A stretch of 64,000 nucleotides of DNA from an uncultured Thermodesulfobacteriota bacterium (lineage in GTDB: Bacteria > Desulfobacterota > WTBG01 > CAIYCZ01 > CAIRTM01), in assembly GCA_964518865.1 (NCBI GenBank), contig CAZFIB010000013.1:2777-66776 (forward strand), in the 5' to 3' direction. Both the position numbers and the translations under genes were made by a program. Of this stretch, positions 1-9,452 are shown piece after piece. The first letter of the stretch is position 1; each line of letters starts with the position of its first letter. The notes beneath the pieces were generated by a model. That model searched no databases, was not told where the DNA came from, and saw only the letters and a list, made by a program, of their open reading frames with translations.

Positions 1-274
1 TTTTGCCCAGGGTGATAAAGTTGTCCATGGGGGATTTTTTATGAGCCTCCGGGTCGTCGGATGTACGGGTGGTTTTTCGGGTGAATATTTCCTCACGGTT
101 GAACAGCGGGGAGGCCTGGGTTTTGATACGGTGACGGCTGGTTTCGCTGAAGATTACCCGTGCCAGGTAGAATATTTTCAGAATCTCCGGCGTCAGATGC
201 AGGTTGCGGGTGTCGCACACGCCGCAGGGCGGGGTGTAGAAATCAAGCTGTGCCTGAAACGAGGAGCTCTCCAT
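1..274 (-). CDS. Partial CDS (N-terminal ~91 aa, runs off the window start). Hypothetical protein translationally coupled downstream of the MoxR-like ATPase.
   Basis: Hand translation of the minus strand. ATG at plus 272-274 lies 7 nt after the ATPase stop (281-283). It reads MESSSFQAQLDFYTPPCGVCDTRNLHLTPEILKIFYLARVIFSETSRHRIKTQASPLFNREEIF... and stays open to position 1. The composition is protein-like. It is absent from the ORF track because it is truncated by the window edge. Confidence 0.35.
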   Translation of the reverse strand, partial: MESSSFQAQLDFYTPPCGVCDTRNLHLTPEILKIFYLARVIFSETSRHRIKTQASPLFNREEIFTRKTTRTSDDPEAHKKSPMDNFITLGK

Positions 275-280
275 GATGCG

Positions 281-1759
281 CTACAGCTGCAGAAGCTTTT
301 TTTCATTAAAAATGTCCTGCCGGAATCCCGTCAGGAGCTCGCGTGCCTCACGCGTCCGCACATCTTTGAGGGAAGCTTCGCTGATGTTTTCCAGCACCGT
401 AAACGTTTCCGGAATGTAGGTGTCGCGGGTCAGGCCCATGAATGTCTGCTTGAGCTTGTTGAAATATTCCGTCAAAAAGGAGTTTTCCCTGCGGGTCACC
501 TGGTCGAGCCGGGTCCGGATGCTGGTAAAGGTCCTGTCGGATTTAAGACTGTCCTGATCACGCGAGCTTTTTATAAGGGTGAGAATGCTGACGGCATCGA
601 AAATGTTTTCCAGCATTTTTTTGTCCTGGCGGAAATAATTTCTGGCGGCGCTCAGTATTTTGTTGAAGCGCACGGTTTCCTCCTCCCGGCCGAGTGTGCA
701 GACAGCGAAAAAAAGATTGTCGAGGTCTTTTTCCTCAACTGTGTGGCGGCCGTCAAGTATGGCCGCGGCCCGCAGGGTGTCCTGGGTTTTCACGCTTTTG
801 CGGTCGCTGATGGTATAATTTTTTCGATCGGAAACCATGTTGCGGGTTTCTTCAATGTATTTTTTCATGATGTAGTTTTTCAGAAAAAGCACATAGCCGG
901 GTATGTCGATCTGCCGGCTTTGAATGAGCTTTTTCAAAAACGACAGCTCGCCGAGCGTTATGCGTATATCGGGCGCGGCGATTTTTCCGAAGTGCTGCTG
1001 ATAGATATGATCTATCGAATACTGGAAATACAGATCCTTGTTTTCCGGTATATAACTTTTGTACATGAAGCGGTCGATCACCGCTTCCAGCACTTCGGTG
1101 AGCCGTATGTAGTTGGCCGCGGCGATTGCGCTCAGCAGCGTCGAGGATACGATCTGCTCACCGTTGACAAGCTGCTTTTCGTTCAGGAGCGACAGCAGGG
1201 AGCGCAGCAGCATGTCGTTTGCATCGAATATTTCGTCAAGGAAGGCAAAGTGCGAAAGAACCAGAGAGCCCTCGACGTTGTGGATCATTTTGCCTTTTTT
1301 CATGGCATCGATATCGTATGCGCCGAAGAGGTTTTCAGGCATCGTATCCTTGGTAAGCTGCTTTTCGAATATCTGAGCTCCGTCGAAACAGGAAAATATC
1401 TGCCGGGCCAGCAGCGATTTGGCCATGCCGGTGCGGCTGATAAGCAGTTGGTGCTCGCCGGTTATGATGGCCATGAAGGCCTGTCTGATAATGTTTTCGC
1501 GTCCCAGCACCTGCTTGCCGACAAAGACCATGCACTCGTTGAGCTTTGCGGTGATAGAGCCCAGCTTTTGCAGCGACGCCTGTTCGGCGCTTTCCTCCGA
1601 AACAGCCATGGGCTCAGGCTCGGATTGCGGCATCATCAAAACCTGCTCGGCTGCCTCGGGCGGACGGGCCTCGTCCACCTTGCCGGTTGCCAGGGAAAGA
1701 ACGGATGCCTCCAGGGGATGCAGATTGGATTTTGTCTCGTCGGTTTTATCGTTCGGCAT
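281..1759 (-). CDS. MoxR/RavA-like AAA+ ATPase (AAA_5-type) with a divergent Walker A and a disordered acidic N-terminus.
   Basis: 492-aa ORF. Motif GEHQLLISRTGMAKSLLARQIF resembles MoxR hVLLEGvPGlAKT. Walker B and sensor region FLDEIFDANDMLLRSLLSLLNEKQLV. The overlapping plus-strand 605-aa ORF (41..1858) is G/A/R/L/V-rich and is judged a shadow ORF. Confidence 0.6.
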   Translation of the reverse strand: MPNDKTDETKSNLHPLEASVLSLATGKVDEARPPEAAEQVLMMPQSEPEPMAVSEESAEQASLQKLGSITAKLNECMVFVGKQVLGRENIIRQAFMAIITGEHQLLISRTGMAKSLLARQIFSCFDGAQIFEKQLTKDTMPENLFGAYDIDAMKKGKMIHNVEGSLVLSHFAFLDEIFDANDMLLRSLLSLLNEKQLVNGEQIVSSTLLSAIAAANYIRLTEVLEAVIDRFMYKSYIPENKDLYFQYSIDHIYQQHFGKIAAPDIRITLGELSFLKKLIQSRQIDIPGYVLFLKNYIMKKYIEETRNMVSDRKNYTISDRKSVKTQDTLRAAAILDGRHTVEEKDLDNLFFAVCTLGREEETVRFNKILSAARNYFRQDKKMLENIFDAVSILTLIKSSRDQDSLKSDRTFTSIRTRLDQVTRRENSFLTEYFNKLKQTFMGLTRDTYIPETFTVLENISEASLKDVRTREARELLTGFRQDIFNEKKLLQL

Positions 1760-2108
1760 GGGAAATTCCGATCACCTCGGGCTGTTGTTATGGTTTCGTG
1801 TCCGCCCGGCTGCAGCGTCTATCGATTACTGTGTCGGCCGTTGTACGGAAATGAATAAGAGTAATTTGCATACCGGCTTTACAAGCAATAATAGCGCCAG
1901 AGCCTGTCATGTCGGCTGATTATTTATTTTTTATGGCAGCCGGGTCAGGCACTGTTTCAGGCTGCTCTTGATGAGTATAAAAATCAAACAAATTCAATAT
2001 GTTGCTTGTTTTCACCATGTCGGGGCCGTATAGCACAGGCATGAGAACGGTTGTGCCGCTGCTTTTGCCGTTCCGGCAGCCTGACAAAATGTCAGGCGTT
2101 ATTGTAGG

Positions 2109-2141
2109 TACTACTCTGTAGTCAAAGATTACAGAGTAGTA
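2109..2141. promoter_or_regulatory. Perfect 12-bp inverted repeat TACTACTCTGTA-N9-TACAGAGTAGTA. Candidate transcription-factor / enhancer-binding-protein site in the AT-rich divergent intergenic region.
   Basis: Read directly. The revcomp of TACTACTCTGTA is TACAGAGTAGTA. It lies about 175-205 bp upstream of the -24/-12-like motif at 2314-2328 and about 340-370 bp upstream of the acs start. Confidence 0.45.
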
Positions 2142-2313
2142 AGAAATGATTTAAATTATATTTATTGTTTATTAAAGAAAAACAGCAATGCTGTGACAAA
2201 CTGACAAAAGAAAACCATGCAACTTATTCCAGTGAATTTCTATTGACAAAGTGAACTATATGAAATAACATTTATAATTCTTTATCGTGCAGTTTGAAGC
2301 CATATATGATTCT

Positions 2314-2328
2314 TGGCATATTTATTGT
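2314..2328 (+). promoter_or_regulatory. Candidate sigma-54 (-24/-12) promoter for acs.
   Basis: TGGCAT-ATTTA-TTGT against consensus TGGCAC-N5-TTGC. The GG is at -24. The -12 GC dinucleotide is replaced by GT, with C-to-T changes in both elements. About 150 nt upstream of the acs ATG. An NtrC-family activator is encoded 4.5 kb downstream. Confidence 0.3.
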
Positions 2329-2477
2329 TTGAATTAGCTGATTTACACTATGCCGGCAGTTCCCGGCATCAGCTTTGAATCGATCAGAGACGTAAACAGC
2401 TTTATACTCTGCACCTTTCCGGTAAGCTGTTGCTGCCAAAAAGGAACCGAACAAATCGTAGAAGGAGGATTGAAGGG

Positions 2478-4463
2478 ATGGCTGAAGAGAAAAAATCAAT
2501 GACTTCCGTTGCGTCCGAAGGGTACAAGCGCGTATTTGATATCCCCAAGGACCTGCAGGAAAAAGCGCACGTCAAGAGCATTGAACAGTACGAAGAAATG
2601 TACAAACGCTCCATCGAGGACCCGGAAGGTTTCTGGGGCGAGCAGGCCGAGCAGAATCTTGATTTCTTCAAGAAATGGGACAAGGTCCTGGACTATGAAT
2701 GGGGCGACAAGGTGCGCATCGAGTGGTTCAAGGGAGCCAAGCTGAATGTGTCCTGCAACTGCCTGGACCGCCACATCAAGACCGAGCGCAAAAACAAGGC
2801 TGCAATCATGTGGCAGGGCGAGCCGGTCGACGAGGCGCGCACCTATACCTATATCGAACTGTATTACGAGGTCAACAAGTTCGCCAACGTGCTGAAGAAA
2901 AAGGGCGTCAAAAAAGGCGACCGCGTATCCATCTACCTGCCCATGATTCCCGAGCTGCCGATCGCCATGCTGGCCTGCGCCCGTATCGGCGCAATCCACA
3001 GCATCGTATTCGGCGGTTTCAGCGCCGACGCTCTGCGCGACCGCATTCTTGACTGTGATGCCAGGGTGCTGATCACCAGCGATGCGAGCTACCGCTCGGG
3101 CAAGGTCATCCCCCTGAAGGGCAATGCCGACCAGGCCCTGAATGAATGCCCGAACGTCGCAACCACGATCGTCGTCAATCGCACCGGCACCGATGTTCCC
3201 ATGAAGGAGGGCCGCGATGTGTGGTGGCATGAGGAGATGAATGCCAAGGGGCTGCCTTCATACTGCGAGCCCGAACAGATGGACGCCGAGGACCCGCTGT
3301 TTATTCTCTATACATCCGGTTCCACCGGCAAGCCCAAGGGCGTGCTTCACACGACCGCCGGCTACCTGCTGTACACGAATGTAACGCTGAAGTATACCTT
3401 CGATCTGCAGGAAGAAGACACCTTCTGGTGCACGGCCGATATCGGCTGGGTAACCGGTCACAGCTACATTGTCTACGGCCCCCTGTCGAACGGCGCTGCA
3501 AGCGTTATGTTCGAGGGCGTGCCCAGCTATCCGGACTACTCCCGTTTCTGGCAGATAGTTGAAAAATACAAAATCAACCAGTTTTACACCGCACCGACCG
3601 CTATCCGCGCCATCAATGCTCAGGGCGACTCCTGGCTCGACGGCATCGACCTGTCAAGCCTGCGCATTCTCGGCACGGTCGGCGAGCCGATCAATCCCGA
3701 GGCATGGATGTGGTATTACAACAAAATCGGCGGCGGCAAATGCCCCATCGTCGACACCTACTGGCAGACCGAGACCGGCGGCTTCCTGATCACGCCGCTG
3801 CCCGGTGCGATGAAAATCAAGCCCGGCTCCGCCAATCGCCCCTTCTTCGGCATCAAGCCTGCGATTATCCGTGAAGACGGCTCCGAGGTGGATGTGAACG
3901 AAGGCGGTCACCTGACGGTCACCCAGCCCTGGCCGGGCATGATGCGTACGGTGTACGGCGATCATGACCGTTTCAAAGAGACCTATTTCAGCCAGTTCCC
4001 CGGCAAGTACTATACCGGTGACGGCGCCCGGATCGACGACGACGGCGACTTTATCCTGATGGGCCGCCTCGATGACGTTATCAACGTATCCGGTCACCGC
4101 ATGGGTACCGCCGAGGTTGAAAGCGCGCTTGTTGCGCATGAAAAGGTTGCAGAGGCAGCGGTTGTGGGTATGCCCCATGAGATCAAGGGGCAGGGCATCT
4201 ATGCATTCGTGACCCTGAACTCGGGAGTCGAGGGTACCGATGATCTGAAGAAGGTGCTGGTCAAGCACGTGCGCTCCGAGATCGGCCCCATCGCGACACC
4301 CGACAAAATCCAGTTTGCCGCGGGTCTTCCCAAAACACGCAGCGGCAAAATCATGCGCCGCATCCTGAAGAAGATAGCAGCAGGCGATACCGGAGAACTC
4401 GGTGATACGTCCACGCTGGCCGATCCTTCAGTTGTCGACGACCTGATTTCCGGCAAGCAGTAG
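2478..4463 (+). CDS. acs: Acetyl-CoA synthetase (AMP-forming).
   Basis: [57 protein letters not shown]... with a [14 protein letters not shown]-binding motif and a C-terminal GKIMRR. RBS AGGAGG at 2461-2466. The ORF track begins at 2430, but the ATG at 2478 has the RBS. Confidence 0.95.
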   Translation: MAEEKKSMTSVASEGYKRVFDIPKDLQEKAHVKSIEQYEEMYKRSIEDPEGFWGEQAEQNLDFFKKWDKVLDYEWGDKVRIEWFKGAKLNVSCNCLDRHIKTERKNKAAIMWQGEPVDEARTYTYIELYYEVNKFANVLKKKGVKKGDRVSIYLPMIPELPIAMLACARIGAIHSIVFGGFSADALRDRILDCDARVLITSDASYRSGKVIPLKGNADQALNECPNVATTIVVNRTGTDVPMKEGRDVWWHEEMNAKGLPSYCEPEQMDAEDPLFILYTSGSTGKPKGVLHTTAGYLLYTNVTLKYTFDLQEEDTFWCTADIGWVTGHSYIVYGPLSNGAASVMFEGVPSYPDYSRFWQIVEKYKINQFYTAPTAIRAINAQGDSWLDGIDLSSLRILGTVGEPINPEAWMWYYNKIGGGKCPIVDTYWQTETGGFLITPLPGAMKIKPGSANRPFFGIKPAIIREDGSEVDVNEGGHLTVTQPWPGMMRTVYGDHDRFKETYFSQFPGKYYTGDGARIDDDGDFILMGRLDDVINVSGHRMGTAEVESALVAHEKVAEAAVVGMPHEIKGQGIYAFVTLNSGVEGTDDLKKVLVKHVRSEIGPIATPDKIQFAAGLPKTRSGKIMRRILKKIAAGDTGELGDTSTLADPSVVDDLISGKQ

Positions 4464-4497
4464 CATTCGGAAATTTTTTCGCGATGTACATTCAAAG

Positions 4498-4538
4498 GCC
4501 TGCCGCCGGACCGGGTTCCGGCGGCAGGCTTTTTTTTG
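4498..4538 (+). terminator. Rho-independent terminator after acs.
   Basis: GCCTGCCGCCGGA-ccgggt-TCCGGCGGCAGGC followed by TTTTTTTT. Confidence 0.8.
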
Positions 4539-4625
4539 CGGCGGCAGAAGGCGGTGCGCACGGCGCGCCGTGCAGTCTCGCCCCTGTGCTTTCTAAACTC
4601 ACTTTAGAGCATGTTCACACCACTG

Positions 4626-4723
4626 CAGCCATTCTGTCATTTCGAAGGAGCACGGCGACTGAGAAATCTCACGCCCCTGAAGAGATTTCTCCCCTTCGGT
4701 CGAAATGACAAAAAAACAGCCGG
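4626..4723 (+). repeat. Repeat family A, copy A1 (~100-bp imperfect palindromic element).
   Basis: ...ccattCTGTCATTTCGAAGGAGcacggcgactGAGAAATCTCacgcccctgaaGAGATTTCTCcccttcggtcgaaatgacaaaaaaaCAGccgg. Near-identical copies occur at 10693-10792 and 51519-51620. The two ends are inverted repeats of each other. The inner stem is GAGAAATCTC/GAGATTTCTC. Confidence 0.8.
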
Positions 4724-4931
4724 CGACAGTAAAGAGAAAGGCACGCTGCTTCAGCTTTTCTTCTTCGCCCCCGTCTCCGCACCTGCACCTTAAACCCGTT
4801 GCTTTATCGCAGTATTTAAATTAGTATAGATTTTATTTAATCTTCGCTCCTGCTGTGCACGCCATGAGCGGGACGCATCGTGCCTGCGGGGCGGGGACAC
4901 GCACACCGTTTGGACAGGAGAGCACCGGGCG

Positions 4932-6998
4932 ATGAAATCGCGCAGCACGACCGTCAATATCTGCTTTGCGACTGCGGTATTAATTGCCGGTATCGGGGTG
5001 ATCGTTCTGGCGACCCAGCGTGCCATCGGACGAAACACCGCCGAAGCCTTCAACCGCCAGCAGCTGTTTCTGGTGCGGGAGACGGCCCGCGGCATCGAGC
5101 AATCCGTACAGGATATCACGGTACATTTGAAGAGTGCGGCGGAAATGTACCGCTCTTCGGGCCGAACGGAGACGCTGGAAATCATGTACCGCCACCGCAG
5201 CTCCATGGTGAGAGCGGTTTTTCTTTGCGGTGCCGGAGGCGGGGTGCCGTTTGTGTACCCCGGGGGCAGTCATGACGAAACAGCACTTGCGGAAAAAGTG
5301 ACGCCTGTCATTGCCGCGGCAACGGCTGCCGGACATGATGTGTGTATCAGCGATTTTATGACCTTCGGCAGCGGGAGTGAAGGTGTTTTTTCATTTGTCG
5401 TCGCAGTACCCGTTCAGGACGGCGGGGGACAGTGGCTGTGCTGCATTCCCGATTTTGCGGCAATGAAAAAAGAGTATGTGTACCCTATCAGAACCGGGGC
5501 CACCGGATATGCCTGGATGATCGACAGCACCGGTGTGCTGCTCGCCCATCCCAACACCGCCATGGAGGGTCGCAAAGCACTTGAGGTTCTCAGGGAGCTC
5601 TGGCCCGCCTACTCGGACTACAATCTCGAAATGATCATCAACCGAGAAATGACCCGGGGGGAGGAGGGCAGCGGCCGATATACCGGCTGGCACATCGGCG
5701 AGAAGAAGCTGACGAAAAAACTCATCGCCTACAGCCCGGTCCGCATCGAGCAGGTGCTGTGGTCGATCGGCGTGTCCGCACCGTACCGGGAGGTCATGGC
5801 ACCGCTCATGAAGAGCATCGCCGGCCCGCTGATTTTTATCGCCTGTTTTATCGTGGTCATTCTGGCGGGCGCGTGGCTGCTGATCGTGCAGGAGAGAAAA
5901 AAGAGCGGGGCTCTCCAGGAGCTGCGCTGGGGCCAGGAGGTGTTTGACGGTATTACCGACGGCATTTCAATTATCGACCGGGACTATCGCGTGCTGATGG
6001 TCAACCGGGCGGTGTCGCAGTGGCAGGGCAGGCCGCAGAATTATTTCAGGGGCAGGCGCTGTCATGAGGTTTTTCAGCAGCAGGATACTTTGTGTGTCGG
6101 ATGCCCGGCCAGGGAAACGTTCGAGACCGGGAAGCCGGCCCTGCGCGAGCGCGTGAGCACGACACTGGCAGGAAAGAAATACTATTTTCATCTGGCAGCC
6201 TTCCCCTTGAAGGATCCTGACGGTAACATCGTTCGCGTTGCCGAATGCGTGCGTGACGTGACCCGTGAGATGGAGCTGCGTCAGGAACTGCTGCAGCACG
6301 AGCGCAAGTCCGTAATCGTCAAGATGTCGGCACAGGTCGCACATGAAATCAGGAACCCGCTCGGTACGCTTACGCTCAATATCGACCTGCTCGAAGACGA
6401 GATCGACGGTTTCGGGATAACCGATACTGCCGAGGCAAAACAGCTCATCTCAAAAATAAAGTCCGAGATCGAGGGCCTGCACCGCGTTTTGCAGGAGTAC
6501 CTCGAATGCACGCGCTTTCCCACAATCAAGCCGGAGAAGCATGACGCGGGCGCCGTTATCGAAGACCTGCTCAACCTTATGGAGGAGGATCTGCGCAGAA
6601 AAAAAATAGTTTTCACAACAGGTTTCGAATACGATCTGCCCGCCGCCCGCATCGACCAGGACCAGATACGCCGGGCGTTCATCAACATTATCCAGAACGC
6701 GGTCGATGCAATGGGATCCGGCGGGGGCGCAATAGACGTGCGGACGCGTTCGATCGACGGATGGCTTGAAATCGTCTTCCAGGACAGCGGGCCCGGCATA
6801 CCCGCTGACAGAATCGACAAGATTTTCACTCCGTTTTTTACCACAAAGAGCGGGGGCACCGGCCTGGGGCTTTCCATTACGCAGCATATTGTCGAGGAGC
6901 ACAAAGGAACGATCACCTGCGAAAGCGCAGAAGGCCGGTACACGCGCTTCATTATGAAGCTGCCGGTCTGGCGTGACGAGGAGCAGGGGGAGGTGTGA
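4932..6998 (+). CDS. Sensor histidine kinase: TM - periplasmic dCache-like domain - TM - Cys-rich PAS - HisKA - HATPase_c.
   Basis: 688 aa. N-terminal TM ICFATAVLIAGIGVIVLA. Cache-like YAWMIDSTGVLLAHP. Second TM IAGPLIFIACFIVVILAGAWLLIV. PAS with CHEVFQQQDTLCVGCPARETFETGK. H-box VAHEIRNPLGTL. G-boxes DSGPGIP / GGTGLGLSI. Confidence 0.85.
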   Translation: MKSRSTTVNICFATAVLIAGIGVIVLATQRAIGRNTAEAFNRQQLFLVRETARGIEQSVQDITVHLKSAAEMYRSSGRTETLEIMYRHRSSMVRAVFLCGAGGGVPFVYPGGSHDETALAEKVTPVIAAATAAGHDVCISDFMTFGSGSEGVFSFVVAVPVQDGGGQWLCCIPDFAAMKKEYVYPIRTGATGYAWMIDSTGVLLAHPNTAMEGRKALEVLRELWPAYSDYNLEMIINREMTRGEEGSGRYTGWHIGEKKLTKKLIAYSPVRIEQVLWSIGVSAPYREVMAPLMKSIAGPLIFIACFIVVILAGAWLLIVQERKKSGALQELRWGQEVFDGITDGISIIDRDYRVLMVNRAVSQWQGRPQNYFRGRRCHEVFQQQDTLCVGCPARETFETGKPALRERVSTTLAGKKYYFHLAAFPLKDPDGNIVRVAECVRDVTREMELRQELLQHERKSVIVKMSAQVAHEIRNPLGTLTLNIDLLEDEIDGFGITDTAEAKQLISKIKSEIEGLHRVLQEYLECTRFPTIKPEKHDAGAVIEDLLNLMEEDLRRKKIVFTTGFEYDLPAARIDQDQIRRAFINIIQNAVDAMGSGGGAIDVRTRSIDGWLEIVFQDSGPGIPADRIDKIFTPFFTTKSGGTGLGLSITQHIVEEHKGTITCESAEGRYTRFIMKLPVWRDEEQGEV

Positions 6999-8377
6999 CA
7001 GGCGTGGAATATGCCGGTGACAGATCGGTGCTGGTTGTCGAGGATACGGCAGGTATCCGGGAAGCGCTGGTAAAAATATTGTCCAAAGAGAATTACGCTG
7101 TTTTTTCCGCGGCAGACGGACAGGAAGCCGTGACGCTTTTACAGCAGGAGGATATCGGCGTCGTGGTGACGGACTTGAAAATGCCCCGCATCGACGGCGT
7201 TGAGCTGCTGCGCATTGCAAAAACCATTTCGCCGGATATCGAGGTTATCCTGATTACCGGCCACGGCACGGTGGAGGTTGCGGTGGAGGTGATGAAGGAC
7301 GGCGCGTTCGACTTTATTCAAAAGCCCTTCAACAAGCTGACCGTTCTCAAAATCGTCAGGAATGCCCTGGAAAAGCGCTCGCTTGTGCGTGAAAACAGAA
7401 TGCTGCTCGAACGGCTGCAGGATGCCAGGGGAACCGACAGCGTTATCGGCAAAAGCGCGGCCATGCGGCGGGTCATGGACCTGGTCGCGCAGGTGGCACC
7501 GAGCTCGGCAAACATCCTGGTTACCGGTGAGAGCGGCGTCGGCAAGGAGGTCATCGCCAAAGCCCTGCACGATATGAGCCCGCGCCGCGAATGCAATTTC
7601 ATCAAGGTCAGCTGTGCGGCACTTCCCGAGACCCTGCTGGAGGCGGAACTGTTCGGCTATGAGAAAGGCGCATTTACCGGAGCGGTCAGCCGCCGGGAGG
7701 GCCGCTTCGAGCTTGCCCACGGAGGAACGCTTTTTCTGGATGAGGTCGGTGAAATCAAACCGGCCATGCAGGTCAAGCTTCTCCGGGTGCTGCAAAGCGG
7801 TGAGTTCGAGCGGCTGGGCGGCGGAAAAACCATAAAAGCCGATGTGCGTGTCATAGCCGCCACCAACGCCGCCCTCAAAGATCTTGTGGAGCGCAAGCGG
7901 TTTCGCGAAGACCTGTACTACCGGCTGAATGTCATCAATATCGAGCTGCCGCCGCTTGTCGAGCGCCGGGAGGACATCCCGCTTCTGGCCGACCACTTTC
8001 TTAATCGCTATATGAAAAAAAACGGCAAGAACATCGAGGGTGTTTCGCGGGAAACCATGGACATTCTGACACGATATCACTGGCCGGGAAATGTGCGTGA
8101 GCTCGAAAACACCATGGAACGTGCCGTGGTGCTGTCACGGGACAGAATCATTTCACCCGACGATCTGCCGTCGGATATCGTATCCTCAGCCGCGGCAGTC
8201 AGGGATGTTTCTGCGGGAGGGCGTGTGCTCAATATTCAGGTCGGTAAAACCCCGCTCAAGGAAATCGAGAAAAAGGTCATCGAGGAAACCCTCAGGCAGG
8301 CAAAGGGCAATAAAAACATCGCCGCAAAGATCCTCGGCGTTTCGGCGCGCACCCTGTATCGCCGCATTGAAGAATAA
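6995..8377 (+). CDS. Sigma-54-dependent response regulator (NtrC/AtoC family): REC - AAA+ sigma-54 activator - Fis-type HTH.
   Basis: REC domain with [28 protein letters not shown] Walker A. GAFTGA loop ([17 protein letters not shown]). C-terminal [24 protein letters not shown] start overlaps the kinase stop (GTGA). Confidence 0.85.
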   Translation: MTGVEYAGDRSVLVVEDTAGIREALVKILSKENYAVFSAADGQEAVTLLQQEDIGVVVTDLKMPRIDGVELLRIAKTISPDIEVILITGHGTVEVAVEVMKDGAFDFIQKPFNKLTVLKIVRNALEKRSLVRENRMLLERLQDARGTDSVIGKSAAMRRVMDLVAQVAPSSANILVTGESGVGKEVIAKALHDMSPRRECNFIKVSCAALPETLLEAELFGYEKGAFTGAVSRREGRFELAHGGTLFLDEVGEIKPAMQVKLLRVLQSGEFERLGGGKTIKADVRVIAATNAALKDLVERKRFREDLYYRLNVINIELPPLVERREDIPLLADHFLNRYMKKNGKNIEGVSRETMDILTRYHWPGNVRELENTMERAVVLSRDRIISPDDLPSDIVSSAAAVRDVSAGGRVLNIQVGKTPLKEIEKKVIEETLRQAKGNKNIAAKILGVSARTLYRRIEE

Positions 8378-8598
8378 CTAATTGAAATATCTTTATTAAT
8401 TTTAATTATTGCTCCTCGGTACCTCCAGATTTCACTTGACACTTTTTTTATCACCATGATATGTTTAGAACTTTATTACTGCTCGGCGGAAGACCATGGG
8501 CGTAAGCCCGCGGGTATCTACGGATTATGATTATTCATTCTTATTAAGATTTAGGGCCGCACGAAAAGACTCATAAAATTACAAAGCAGGGAGGTAAA

Positions 8599-9396
8599 AT
8601 GAACAGTATTGTATGTTTAAAACAGGTTCCTGACACAGAAGCACAGATTGTGGTGAAGCCCGACGGATCAGGGGTCAAAATGGACGGAATCAAGTTCGTT
8701 ATCAACCCCTACGATGAATTCGGCATCGAGGAAGCCCTGGTGAAAAAGGAACAGGCCGGTGCCGGCGAGGTGACCCTGGTGTGCATGGGTCCCGACAGGT
8801 GCGTCGAGTCGATCCGCACCGGACTTGCCATGGGTGCTGATAAGGCTGTTCACATCGATGATCCGGCCTGTGACGACAGCGATGCCATGGCAACCGCTGC
8901 GGTTCTGGCCGAGCAGATCAAGAAGATGGAATACGACCTTGTATTCTGCGGCAAGCAGGCAATCGACGACGACCAGGCGCAGGTCGGCGTTGCACTGGCC
9001 GAGCTGCTGGGCATTCCGCACGCATCGCTGGTGACAAAGGTCGAGGTCGCCGACGACAAGAAGAGCGTTACGGTCAATCGGCAGATCGTGGGCGGTGAAG
9101 AGGTGCTCGAAATGCCCATACCCTGCGTTATTACCGCTCAGAAAGGTCTGAACGAACCGCGCTATGCCTCGCTTCCCGGCATCATGAAGGCCAAGAAAAA
9201 ACCGCTGACGCCGGTGAAAACAGCCGATCTGGGCATTGATGCAGGCACGGTGGGTGCCGGCGGCTCCCGGACAAAAGCATCCAATTTCACCAATCCGCCT
9301 GCCAGAACCGCCGCTAAAATCATCGAGGGCGAGTCCCCCGAGGAAAAGGCCGCCAACCTTGCAAAAGCCCTGCGGGAAGAGGCAAAGGCAATCTAA
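8599..9396 (+). CDS. etfB: Electron transfer flavoprotein subunit beta.
   Basis: MNSIVCLKQVPDTEAQIVVKPDG...INPYDEFGIEEAL. RBS GGGAGG upstream. Confidence 0.9.
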   Translation: MNSIVCLKQVPDTEAQIVVKPDGSGVKMDGIKFVINPYDEFGIEEALVKKEQAGAGEVTLVCMGPDRCVESIRTGLAMGADKAVHIDDPACDDSDAMATAAVLAEQIKKMEYDLVFCGKQAIDDDQAQVGVALAELLGIPHASLVTKVEVADDKKSVTVNRQIVGGEEVLEMPIPCVITAQKGLNEPRYASLPGIMKAKKKPLTPVKTADLGIDAGTVGAGGSRTKASNFTNPPARTAAKIIEGESPEEKAANLAKALREEAKAI

Positions 9397-9452
9397 AGCC
9401 GTTACGTACATAAGAGCGAAACGATTCAGATCATATAAAGGAGAGAGTGACA

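Noticed and set aside
41-1858. 605-aa plus-strand ORF covering the first 1.8 kb.
   Set aside because: It is antisense to a 492-aa ORF with a recognisable AAA+ signature. Its composition is G/A/R/L/V-heavy with no motifs, typical of a shadow ORF in GC-rich DNA.
4611-4793. Small ORFs overlapping repeat family A (4611..4793, 10503..10751, 51416..51670) that share a peptide like PFCHFEGARRLRNLTPLKRFLP.
   Set aside because: The shared peptide is just repeat A read in one frame. The copies differ by 1-nt indels that shift or stop the frame (copy A2 hits TGA right after ...RNITP), so conservation is at the nucleotide/structure level, not protein.
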